From Desulfotignum sp. (GTDB taxonomy: Bacteria; Desulfobacterota; Desulfobacteria; Desulfobacterales; Desulfobacteraceae), in contig JAABTO010000009.1 in NCBI GenBank assembly GCA_011389835.1, positions 1 to 43,226 on the forward strand: DNA of 43,226 nt, in the 5' to 3' direction. The notes below the pieces were generated by a model. The model saw nothing but the letters and a program-made list of their open reading frames with translations. It was not told where the DNA came from and ran no database searches. Position 1 is the first letter of the stretch. Every line of letters starts with the position of its first letter. Below are positions 1 to 8,657 of this stretch, in pieces. The translations under genes were made by a program, and so were the position numbers.

Positions 1-398
1 AGCGTATTGATGATGCCGTTGGCCTTCATCAATATCACCAGGGCATAGGTCCGGATGAGCGAAGAGGTCCAGAAGGGAATGATCACCATCATGAGCAGCA
101 GCGCCCGCCGGTGCTTAGGCCCCCGGGATAGAATCCAGGCAAAGGGATAGCTGATCAAGAGGCACACAATTGTGGTGTTCAGGGAATAGATCAGGGACTG
201 TCCCAGTACCCTGGCATACACCGGATCCAGCAGTTCCCGGTAGTGGGCCAGGGTGAAGGGCAGGCTGAAGAACCTGCCGGTATCCCGGGTCATGAAACTG
301 ATGCCTGCCACCATCAGACCGGGAATCAGAACAAACAGGGCAAACCAGCCCATGTTCAGAAAAACGGCAATAAACTTGAACCCCTGTCGTTCATTCAT
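1..398 (-). CDS. potB: Spermidine/putrescine ABC transporter permease, 5' part (runs off the window edge)
   Basis: Not in the ORF track. Manual translation from ATG 398: MNERQGFKFIAVFLNMGWFALF...LLISYPFAW...IIPFWTSSLIRTYAL (PotB motif). Start overlaps the potA stop. Confidence 0.9.
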   Translation of the reverse strand, partial: MNERQGFKFIAVFLNMGWFALFVLIPGLMVAGISFMTRDTGRFFSLPFTLAHYRELLDPVYARVLGQSLIYSLNTTIVCLLISYPFAWILSRGPKHRRALLLMMVIIPFWTSSLIRTYALVILMKANGIINT

Positions 399-1473
399 TT
401 GCCAGGGTCACCTCCCATCCCTTGATCCAGGAGACGCACACCGGTTCATCCATATCATAGAAAATTTCCTGTTCGTCCTCGTTGAAAAATTCCGTGACAA
501 ACACCTCCTGGCCGCTTTCCAGGCGGATGATCAAATCCACGGTGGTGCCTTTGTAGATCATCTCTTTGACCCGGCCGGGCAGCGATCCTTCCGGGCACTT
601 TCCCTGAATCCGTGCCACGGTCATGTCCTCTGGCCGCAGCAGCACCTTGACTGCCTGACCCGAATGAAAACTGCGGCGGTTCTGCACGGTTTTGGAAATA
701 CCTTGAATCCGGATCTCCATGTCCGTTCCCAGGGTACGGATCACCGTGGCATCGAACAGGTTGCTTTCTCCCACAAAATCCGCCACAAACAGGTTTACCG
801 GGGTTTCATAAATATCTTTGGGAGTTCCGGTCTGCTGAATGGTACCGTGATTCATCACCACCACCCGGTCGGACAGGGTCAATGCCTCTTCCTGGTCATG
901 GGTCACAAACACAAAGGTGATGCCCAGCTGCCGGTGAAGCTGCCGCAGATCCAGCCGCATCTGTTTTCGCAGTTTGTAGTCCAAAGCGCTCAAAGGTTCG
1001 TCCAAAAGCAGGATCAACGGCTGATTCACAATGGCCCTGGCAATGGCCACCCGCTGCTGCTGTCCGCCGGACAGCCGGTGGATGGACCGGGTTTCCAGAC
1101 CTTCCAGTTTCACTAAGGCCAGACTTTCTTTGACCCGTTCCCGGATTTGACGGAGAGGGATTTTTTTGAGTTTCAATCCAAAAGCGATGTTGTCGAATAC
1201 AGTCATGTGAGGAAACAGGGCATAGCTCTGAAATACGGTATTGACGTCCCTGTCACAGGCCGGCAGCCGGGTCTGGTCCCGGCCGTTGATGAACACCGAG
1301 CCGCTGTCACAGGTCTCCAGGCCGGCAATCAGTCGGAGCACCGTGGTTTTGCCGCATCCGGAAGGCCCGAGCAGGGTCAGAAATTCCCCTTTGTGGACAT
1401 CCAGACTCAGGTCATCGATGACCTGCTGATTATTGAAGGATTTTGAAATGTTCTGTAAACGGACCACCGGCAT
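391..1473 (-). CDS. potA: Spermidine/putrescine ABC transporter ATP-binding subunit
   Basis: Walker [39 protein letters not shown]; PotA-type C-terminus EFFNED...W..GWEV.LA.E. Confidence 0.93.
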   Translation of the reverse strand: MPVVRLQNISKSFNNQQVIDDLSLDVHKGEFLTLLGPSGCGKTTVLRLIAGLETCDSGSVFINGRDQTRLPACDRDVNTVFQSYALFPHMTVFDNIAFGLKLKKIPLRQIRERVKESLALVKLEGLETRSIHRLSGGQQQRVAIARAIVNQPLILLLDEPLSALDYKLRKQMRLDLRQLHRQLGITFVFVTHDQEEALTLSDRVVVMNHGTIQQTGTPKDIYETPVNLFVADFVGESNLFDATVIRTLGTDMEIRIQGISKTVQNRRSFHSGQAVKVLLRPEDMTVARIQGKCPEGSLPGRVKEMIYKGTTVDLIIRLESGQEVFVTEFFNEDEQEIFYDMDEPVCVSWIKGWEVTLANE

Positions 1474-1643
1474 GAAACCCCTCCAACCTTGATAACCACA
1501 AGGCTCATAACCTATATGAAAACCCGTGAAAAATCAAGTGAATAAACATGCCTGCAAGGCCATCTGGGAGTTGCAATCCCGTGCAAACTGCGTATAGTAC
1601 ATTCATTTATTTTTGATAATATTCAGCAGGCAAAGAGGAAAAA

Positions 1644-2747
1644 ATGACTCAGGACAAACAGGCCGATTTCAGCAGGCGGCTGACGGATATTCTCAACCAC
1701 GGGGCGTTGAATCTGGCCCTGGCGATAGGATATCAATTAAAGATTTTCGATGTAATGGCAGAACTGGGCCGGCCGGTAACCAGCCGGGACCTGGCCCGGG
1801 CAGCCGGGCTTCACCCGCGGTATGTGGAAGAATGGCTGGGTGTTATGTGCACCGGCAGAATCGTTGAGATCCATTGCACGGATTCATCCGGTGATGCGCT
1901 GAAAGAAACGCAATATTTTCTGCCCGAAGCCCATGCAGCCCATTTGACCCGTGAGGCCGGCAACGGCAACATGGGGGTGTATACTCAGGAAATCCCGTTG
2001 CTCACGCAGATTGCCATGGCCCGGGTACTGGAAGATTTTTCAGTCGGTGACGGAATCGGGTTTTCCGCCTATCCAAGGTTCCAGGCGTTCATGTCCCAGC
2101 TGTCACATGCCAAGCACCGACAGGTGCTGATAGCGCATTTTCTGCCTCAGGTGGATGATGGCCAATTGGTGACCCGGCTGCAAAAAGGCATCCGGGTATG
2201 TGATCTGGGGTGCGGCCAGGGGATTGCCCTGCAACTGATGGCACGGCATTATCCCGCGTCCGCCTTTGTGGGCATAGACAATGACGCGGCTGCCATTGAC
2301 CAGGCCCGGCAGGTCACTGCTGACCTTGGCCTCAGCAACCTGACATTTCATGAAAAAGATGCGGCTGCCATTGAAAATGACCCGTTGCTTGCAAAAAAGT
2401 TTGACTATATCACTGCGTTCGACGCCATTCACGACCAGTCCCATCCGCTGGCAGCTCTCAGAGGGGTCCTGCACATGCTGGCGCCGGGCGGCCTGTTTTC
2501 CATGGTTGATATCGATGCGGCCAGCCACCTTGCCGGCAACATGGATCATCCCATGGGGCCGTTTCTTTACACGGTCAGCCTCATGCACTGCATGCCTGTC
2601 GGGCTGTCCGATCAAGGCCGGGGCCTGGGCATGATGTGGGGCCGGGACCGGGCCGTATCACTGCTTGAACAGGCCGGTTTCCGCCGGATCCAGGTCCTGG
2701 AGATGGCACACGATCCGTTTAACGTTCATTATCTGTCATGGAAGTGA
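1644..2747 (+). CDS. Class I SAM-dependent methyltransferase with N-terminal winged helix (Rv2258c-like)
   Basis: LHPRYVEEWL wHTH segment; VCDLGCGQG SAM motif I; FDAIHD; YTVSLMHCM...GLGMMWG; AGAGGA RBS. Confidence 0.85.
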   Translation: MTQDKQADFSRRLTDILNHGALNLALAIGYQLKIFDVMAELGRPVTSRDLARAAGLHPRYVEEWLGVMCTGRIVEIHCTDSSGDALKETQYFLPEAHAAHLTREAGNGNMGVYTQEIPLLTQIAMARVLEDFSVGDGIGFSAYPRFQAFMSQLSHAKHRQVLIAHFLPQVDDGQLVTRLQKGIRVCDLGCGQGIALQLMARHYPASAFVGIDNDAAAIDQARQVTADLGLSNLTFHEKDAAAIENDPLLAKKFDYITAFDAIHDQSHPLAALRGVLHMLAPGGLFSMVDIDAASHLAGNMDHPMGPFLYTVSLMHCMPVGLSDQGRGLGMMWGRDRAVSLLEQAGFRRIQVLEMAHDPFNVHYLSWK

Positions 2748-2753
2748 TACAGG

Positions 2754-4511
2754 TCACAGGTCTGCCAGCCGCTGGTCATACATGCTGCCCACCCCGTATT
2801 CATTGCGCCGCATGAATTTGTCCAGAGAAGGGCCGATGATCTGCATTTCAGGGTTGGTTCTCAGCGCTTCCTGGGCGATGCGCATCTCCTTGGTGCATCC
2901 GGTGCTGTAAGTGGCGTCTTTGCCGATCCATTCCGGCGGTACTTTCTGGTTCATCAGGGCAAAGCTTTTGGAGATGTCCTCAGCAGTCTGGAAGCGCCAC
3001 ACATCAATGAAATTGCTGGTCTGGACGATTTCCCACATATACATCAGGTCATCCGCATCCATGCCCGGTTCATAATATTTGGACGGGTTGATGACAAACA
3101 GGTCCGGATACTGTTTTTTCAGATGCTCGACAAACCGGGTCATGATTTTTTTGGCCACATCGATTTTGCCGGGTATGGAGCCGATGATGCCGCTGTAGAA
3201 CATCACGGTCATATTTTTGGCTTTGGCGGCCTTCATCTGGTCGATGATGCGGTTGGCACGCTCTTCCAGATCCCGGTGGGAAAAGTAGATGTATGCCTGA
3301 TGCCGGGGTTTGAAGACAATCGACAGTTCCGGGCGGCCCTCATGATCTTCCGCGGTCATGTTGATGATATCCCGGGTAAACTGAAAATGGGTCTGAATCA
3401 GCCGTCGTTTCTGGTCATGGCCCCGGGAAACGACAAAGTCCACTTCTTTGAAAATCCGGGCAAAAGTGATGGTGGTCAGCAGCAGGTTCAGATTTTCCTT
3501 GGTGCCGTCGGACACCACATAAATGTTTTCATCCTGTTTGAGCAGCTGGACCAGCCGGTTTTTGCTGATCGTTTTTTCAAAAATGAAATGGCTGTCTGCA
3601 AGGGCCTTGGCCAGAACCGGATCATTGCGGGTGTCGGTGATGGCCACTTTTTTGAACACCGGGGCTTCCTTGACCGCCAGAATCACCAGATGCCCCAGAC
3701 CCGCCAGAAATCTGGCAACCGTTACATCCACCATCACCCCGCCGGATTCATCCGTAAGCCAGAGAATTTTTCTTTTCTGGGTATGGATGAGATCCATCAG
3801 ATGCGGCAGTCCGTTTCCCGATATCCGGGTTTCAAACAGGCGGTGAAATGTTTCCACTGATGGGAGGGTATCCTGATGCTGCGTCCATAAGTGACCCGCG
3901 CACATCATAGATAGCAGCCGTTGCAGCTCGATCTCCTTGATTTTTTTTCTCAGGGAGGCCAAAGAAAACTGTTCAATGTGTTGGATGGCCCCGTCAATGT
4001 GGTTCAAAGCGGTATAAAAGGAAGCGGATGTCAACAGGGCCTGAGCTTGACGGTTTTCTTCCTGTTTTTTCCCGGCATGCGGGTTTTCAATATGGGTCTG
4101 GCTGGCAAATATTTTACAGAGCCGTTTTTCCAGCCGGGACGGGATCATCAGCAAAGATTCAATCTCATGGGCATATTTGATCCGGATCAACTCGGTCAGA
4201 AATTGTCTGTCATAGGCGGACTCGATGAATTCATCCACCATCCGGATGACTTTGTCGCGGACCGCCTGATACCGTTTTAGCAGATAGTCCCGGGAATTGC
4301 GGGACATGATGGCGGTAAACATTTCATCTGAACAGGGAAAATACTGTTCTTTATTCTCCAGAAAAACCATGAATTCGATCTGTTCCGTGGTGGCCACTTT
4401 ATAGGGATAAGCAAACGGATCAATGTGATTTTCCAGAAAAAACGCGGTCAGCCAGGCGTCCAGATGCGGATCTTTTCCAGGGTCCACGGGGATGAATCGG
4501 GGATCGGTCAT
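2754..4511 (-). CDS. DUF89/ARMT1-like protein with extra C-terminal NDT-like domain
   Basis: KILWLTDESGG..VD, VILAVKEAP and DFVVSRG resemble DUF89 core strands; C-terminal FYSG...VINP...STGCTKE; GAGGA RBS. Confidence 0.6.
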   Translation of the reverse strand: MTDPRFIPVDPGKDPHLDAWLTAFFLENHIDPFAYPYKVATTEQIEFMVFLENKEQYFPCSDEMFTAIMSRNSRDYLLKRYQAVRDKVIRMVDEFIESAYDRQFLTELIRIKYAHEIESLLMIPSRLEKRLCKIFASQTHIENPHAGKKQEENRQAQALLTSASFYTALNHIDGAIQHIEQFSLASLRKKIKEIELQRLLSMMCAGHLWTQHQDTLPSVETFHRLFETRISGNGLPHLMDLIHTQKRKILWLTDESGGVMVDVTVARFLAGLGHLVILAVKEAPVFKKVAITDTRNDPVLAKALADSHFIFEKTISKNRLVQLLKQDENIYVVSDGTKENLNLLLTTITFARIFKEVDFVVSRGHDQKRRLIQTHFQFTRDIINMTAEDHEGRPELSIVFKPRHQAYIYFSHRDLEERANRIIDQMKAAKAKNMTVMFYSGIIGSIPGKIDVAKKIMTRFVEHLKKQYPDLFVINPSKYYEPGMDADDLMYMWEIVQTSNFIDVWRFQTAEDISKSFALMNQKVPPEWIGKDATYSTGCTKEMRIAQEALRTNPEMQIIGPSLDKFMRRNEYGVGSMYDQRLADL

Positions 4512-4539
4512 GACAGTTCCTCAATGGGTTTTCAGCAGG

Positions 4540-5049
4540 TCACAGAGTGATGGTTTTCAGGGATGATCCGGTTTCAAGGGACCGGATGGAAATATGGGTG
4601 TCATCCAGAATGCCGAACGTTGCCTGTCGGTTTCTGGGACGGGCCATGGATCCCGGGTTCATGTGAATCTGCTGGTGTTGTTTTTCAAGAGACCAGATAT
4701 GGGTGTGTCCCTGGATGATGATGTCCGTGCCAGCCGGTATCTGGACCCGGGGAAACCCATGGTGGAGAAACACGGTTCTGCCGTTGAAAAAAAATGTCAG
4801 GGTGTGGCCATGACCGGGAAAAAAGGATGGTTCGTCACAATTGCCGTAAACATAGTAAATTTGCCTGTCAAGGGACCCCAGTTCCCGGCGGATGGCATTC
4901 GGATCATAATCCGGATGCCAGGCATTGCCGTACCGGGTATCAAACAGATCCCCGGCCACTACCAGAATATCGGTTTTCTGCATCAGGGCCTGGATCGTCA
5001 GCCAGGTGTTGAGGCTGCCGTGGATGTCTGCAGTAATGAACAATTTCAT
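4540..5049 (-). CDS. YfcE/MJ0936-family metallophosphoesterase
   Basis: DIHG, GDLF, GNCD, HG, GHTH and NPGS calcineurin-like motifs. Confidence 0.88.
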   Translation of the reverse strand: MKLFITADIHGSLNTWLTIQALMQKTDILVVAGDLFDTRYGNAWHPDYDPNAIRRELGSLDRQIYYVYGNCDEPSFFPGHGHTLTFFFNGRTVFLHHGFPRVQIPAGTDIIIQGHTHIWSLEKQHQQIHMNPGSMARPRNRQATFGILDDTHISIRSLETGSSLKTITL

Positions 5050-5076
5050 GCAAAAAAAATCCTGGGGACGGCGTGC

Positions 5077-5382
5077 CTAGCGGGGCGGGACAGAGGAGAT
5101 CCGGGAATTGATGCGTTCCCGCAGTTTTCCCGAACATTTGAACGTTACCACGCGCCTGGCAGGAAGCGTCATTTCCTCATCGGTTGCCGGATTTCTGCCT
5201 TTTCGGGCGCTTTTTTCATTGACGCAGAATTTGCCGAATCCGCTGATCATGATATCTTCACCACTTTCGATGGTGCTTTTGATGATTTCCAGAAATTCTT
5301 CCATCACTTCATAGGCGGTGTTTCTGGGGAGGTCCAGCCGGGTCTGAATCTGCTCGGTGATAATCGTTTTGGTCAAGGCCAT
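5077..5382 (-). CDS. ihfA: Integration host factor alpha subunit (may be a paralog)
   Basis: MALTK...ISGFGKF...RKGRNPAT...RRVVTFK; start placed at 5382 after AGGAGA RBS. Confidence 0.88.
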   Translation of the reverse strand: MALTKTIITEQIQTRLDLPRNTAYEVMEEFLEIIKSTIESGEDIMISGFGKFCVNEKSARKGRNPATDEEMTLPARRVVTFKCSGKLRERINSRISSVPPR

Positions 5383-5575
5383 ATGCATTCTCTCCTGATA
5401 AACATGTCTGAATCCGTTTCACCTGTTACGGATGCGCTGTTACGTATTTGGGATTGTCAATTTTCCGGCAGTCTGGTATTTGTATGCAATACCGGCAAAT
5501 TGTTCAGAATGTAATGAATCTGCCCTGGAATGTCAAATGATTGTCAATATTTATAATTTTTAAAGGAACCTGGAT

Positions 5576-6934
5576 ATGGAAACGGTAAACGCCATCGGAC
5601 CCCTGGATGGACGATATGCCCGGCTGACACATGAACTGGCTGATATTTTCAGTGAATCCGGCCTGATCCGGCATCGGGTCCTGGTGGAGATCCAATGGCT
5701 GAAATTCATTCTTTACGACTTGAAACTGACGGCGGTTTCAACCGATCCGTCCGCTTTGGACCAGATCCTGGATCAGTTCGGTCCCACAGATGTGCAGCAG
5801 GTCAAATCCATTGAAAAAACGACCAACCACGATGTCAAGGCGGTGGAGTATTATATCAAGGAAAAACTGGATGCCCTGGGATTGTCGGAAATCAGGGAAT
5901 GGGTGCATTTTGCCTGTACGTCTGAAGATATCAACAACACGGCCTATGCGCTGATGACGGAAAAAGGGCGGCAGCTGACAGCCGGGCTGATGGGCCGGTG
6001 TATTCAGGAGATCGGGCAAAAGGCAAAAACCTATCAGTCGATTCCCATGATGTCCCGGACCCATGGTCAGCCGGCATCACCCACCACCCTGGGCAAGGAG
6101 TTTGTCAATTTCGCATGGCGCCTGGAACAGGAAAAAACCGACCTGGAACAGGTCGAGATTCAGGCCAAAATCAACGGGGCCACCGGCAATTACAATGCCC
6201 ATCATTTCGTGTTTCCTGAAATTGACTGGGTGGATGCATCCCGGCGTTTTATCTCTTCGGGTCTGGGGCTGAACCCGATTCTGTTCACCACCCAGATCAA
6301 CCCCAACCGCTATCTGTCCTGTCTGCTGCACTCACTGGTCCGGGCGGCCGCCGTGCTCATCGATTTCAACCGGGACATGTGGGGATATATCAGCATCGGA
6401 TATTTCAGGCAGCGTGTGGCCAAAGGCGAAACCGGGTCTTCCACCATGCCCCACAAGGTGAATCCCATTGATTTTGAAAACAGCGAAGGCAATATGGGCC
6501 TGGCCATTTGCCTGATGGAACATCTGGCTGTAAAGCTCCAGAAATCGCGCTTCCAGCGGGATTTAAGTGACAGCACCGTGTTAAGAAGCCTGGGGTCGGC
6601 CCTGGGGTACTTTGCGATCGGCGTCAAAAACACCATGAAAGGGTTGTCCAAGCTGGATCTGGACCCGGCCGCGCTGCAAAAAGACCTGGACAGTAACCTG
6701 GAACTGCTGGCGGAACCGTTTCAAACCATCATGCGGGTGTTTGGAGAAGAACATCCCTATGAACGGCTCAAAGACCTGACCCGGGGCCGAAAAATTGAAA
6801 AAAAGGACCTGGATGCCTTTGTGGACGGTCTTGAAAAAGTGCCGGATGCCGTGAAACAGCGGATGCGGAACCTGACCCCGCAGACCTATACCGGACTGGC
6901 TGAAAAACTGGTTCAACAGTATTTTGCCGGGTGA
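5576..6934 (+). CDS. purB: Adenylosuccinate lyase
   Basis: PLDGRY, TNHDVKAVEY, HFACTSEDINN, RTHGQPA, SSTMPHKVNPIDFENSEG. Confidence 0.97.
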   Translation: METVNAIGPLDGRYARLTHELADIFSESGLIRHRVLVEIQWLKFILYDLKLTAVSTDPSALDQILDQFGPTDVQQVKSIEKTTNHDVKAVEYYIKEKLDALGLSEIREWVHFACTSEDINNTAYALMTEKGRQLTAGLMGRCIQEIGQKAKTYQSIPMMSRTHGQPASPTTLGKEFVNFAWRLEQEKTDLEQVEIQAKINGATGNYNAHHFVFPEIDWVDASRRFISSGLGLNPILFTTQINPNRYLSCLLHSLVRAAAVLIDFNRDMWGYISIGYFRQRVAKGETGSSTMPHKVNPIDFENSEGNMGLAICLMEHLAVKLQKSRFQRDLSDSTVLRSLGSALGYFAIGVKNTMKGLSKLDLDPAALQKDLDSNLELLAEPFQTIMRVFGEEHPYERLKDLTRGRKIEKKDLDAFVDGLEKVPDAVKQRMRNLTPQTYTGLAEKLVQQYFAG

Positions 6935-7006
6935 TTTCAATCCTGAGAATTTCAAGATCCTGCCGACACGGGGATGTCCTGGAATGGATGGTAAAAAAAG
7001 GTGGTT

Positions 7007-7606
7007 ATGAAAGAACAATGGAAGCCCGAATACGGGAAAAAGCTGGTACAGGAGGCCCGGGCCGAGATTGCCCGGAAACTGAATTTGTCGGTACCACAGC
7101 ATCTCGAACCGGACCTGTCAGAAATTCCGGCCGGTCTGCTTGAGGAAAAACGGGGCGTGTTTGTGACTCTCCAGAAGACGGGCCGGCTTCGGGGATGTAT
7201 CGGTAATATCGAACCGGCAAAACCTGTTCTGGAAGGGGTCCGGGAAAACGCACTGCATGCGGCCTTAGATGATACCCGGTTTGCGCCGGTCACGCCCGAA
7301 GAGCTTGCGGATATTGACATTGAAGTCAGCCTGCTGACCGTTCCTGAAAAACTGGATCATTCTGATGCCAGAGATCTGCTCAGACAGGTCATCCCGTTCA
7401 GACACGGGGTGATTGTCGAAAAAGGATCTCACCGGGCCACTTTCTTGCCCCAGGTCTGGGAACAGCTCCCGGACCCAACGTCCTTTTTAACGCAACTGTG
7501 CCTGAAAGCCCGGCTGGATCCAGATGCATGGCACACCCGGGATCTGTCCGTGTTCATCTATGAGGTACAGTCATTCACGGAGACCGGAAAACCCAATGGC
7601 CATTGA
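7007..7606 (+). CDS. AMMECR1-domain protein (AmmeMemoRadiSam protein A)
   Basis: GVFVTL...LRGCIG, D.RF.PV, ATFLPQVW, LCLKA; start is 7001 (GTG) or 7007 (ATG). Confidence 0.9.
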   Translation: MKEQWKPEYGKKLVQEARAEIARKLNLSVPQHLEPDLSEIPAGLLEEKRGVFVTLQKTGRLRGCIGNIEPAKPVLEGVRENALHAALDDTRFAPVTPEELADIDIEVSLLTVPEKLDHSDARDLLRQVIPFRHGVIVEKGSHRATFLPQVWEQLPDPTSFLTQLCLKARLDPDAWHTRDLSVFIYEVQSFTETGKPNGH

Positions 7607-7874
7607 CCGCGAATTGCTGGATATCATATCCAAAATCAAAGACACGCACGAACTGGAACAGCTGTTCAAGGACCTGTTTACACCGGCGGAACTCGATGAT
7701 CTCACGTTGCGGTGGAAACTGCTCAAAGACCTGCATAAAGGGGTTCCCCAGCGAAGGATCGCTGAAACATACGGTATCAGCCTGTGCAAGATCACCCGGG
7801 GATCCAAGGTCCTGAAAAAAAAAGACGGTGTGGTGGCCGATATCCTCAAACAGCTCAATGGCCCGGCAGCCTGA
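7596..7874 (+). CDS. TrpR/YerC-YecD-family repressor
   Basis: LFTPAE...RW...QRRIA...KITRGS; start placed at ATG 7596, overlapping the upstream gene by 11 nt. Confidence 0.82.
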   Translation: MAIDRELLDIISKIKDTHELEQLFKDLFTPAELDDLTLRWKLLKDLHKGVPQRRIAETYGISLCKITRGSKVLKKKDGVVADILKQLNGPAA

Positions 7875-7879
7875 AACCG

Positions 7880-8509
7880 CTATTGCCGTCGGCTCAGCAG
7901 GTCCAGGGCCAGACGCGACCACAGTTCCATGTTCAATGCGGGCAGCTCGGGTGTCTTCTTCCACTGGAACCTTGTCAGTTCCGGGCCCGGTACATAGTCG
8001 TCCGGCAAAAGGGTTTGAATCTGAAACACCGCGCCCAGATGAACCTGTCCCACATCGGTCACCCGTTCATTGATAATGCCGCAAAAAACCGGAACATCTT
8101 CGGCCGGGCGCTGTGTCAGCTCTTCATTCAGTTCCCGGACCATGCCTGAGATCAGAATATCCCGGAAGGATGCATTGGATCCTGACCGGTCCTGTGGATT
8201 GATATGCCCCCCGATCCCGGACGACCACAGGTCATGGAGCCGGGTTTCACTTCCCTGGCGAAGATAGACCGCTGTCCGACCCTGATCCCGGGCCTGAAGG
8301 ACAATATAGGGAATCACCTGCTGCCACCGGGCATCCTGTTCCGCACAGGCCCGGTCCACGAACTGGTGTCCGGCCCGGGTGCAGATGTCGACAAACGCTT
8401 CCAGGGACATTGGGTTCACTGCGGTTTCAGCCATCCACGCAGCCGGCAGCCGGTTCTGAGGGATACACAGGATCTTTTCTTTTGTCTGCAAGCAAACGCT
8501 CCTTTTCAT
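7880..8509 (-). CDS. NUDIX-like predicted phosphoesterase (COG4112-type)
   Basis: QVIPY, E.RLHDLWS.GIGGHIN, RELNEE, VGQVHLG; likely true start is TTG at 8491 after AAGGAG. Confidence 0.8.
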   Translation of the reverse strand: MKRSVCLQTKEKILCIPQNRLPAAWMAETAVNPMSLEAFVDICTRAGHQFVDRACAEQDARWQQVIPYIVLQARDQGRTAVYLRQGSETRLHDLWSSGIGGHINPQDRSGSNASFRDILISGMVRELNEELTQRPAEDVPVFCGIINERVTDVGQVHLGAVFQIQTLLPDDYVPGPELTRFQWKKTPELPALNMELWSRLALDLLSRRQ

Positions 8510-8522
8510 TCAAACGGGTCAA

Positions 8523-8550
8523 TGGGTATTGTGTTTTGGGGTATGGTTTT
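8523..8550 (-). repeat. Degenerate heptamer tandem tract
   Basis: Minus strand reads AAAACCA TACCCCA AAACACA ATACCCA. Confidence 0.4.
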
Positions 8551-8657
8551 TTGCCCATCCTTATGTTAAGACAGCATAAATTGCAACCCCTTCCATCGGG
8601 TTTGCAACATGGATGTCCTCCCAAGGGGCATGACATCGGGTATGTAAAAGAGGGGTT

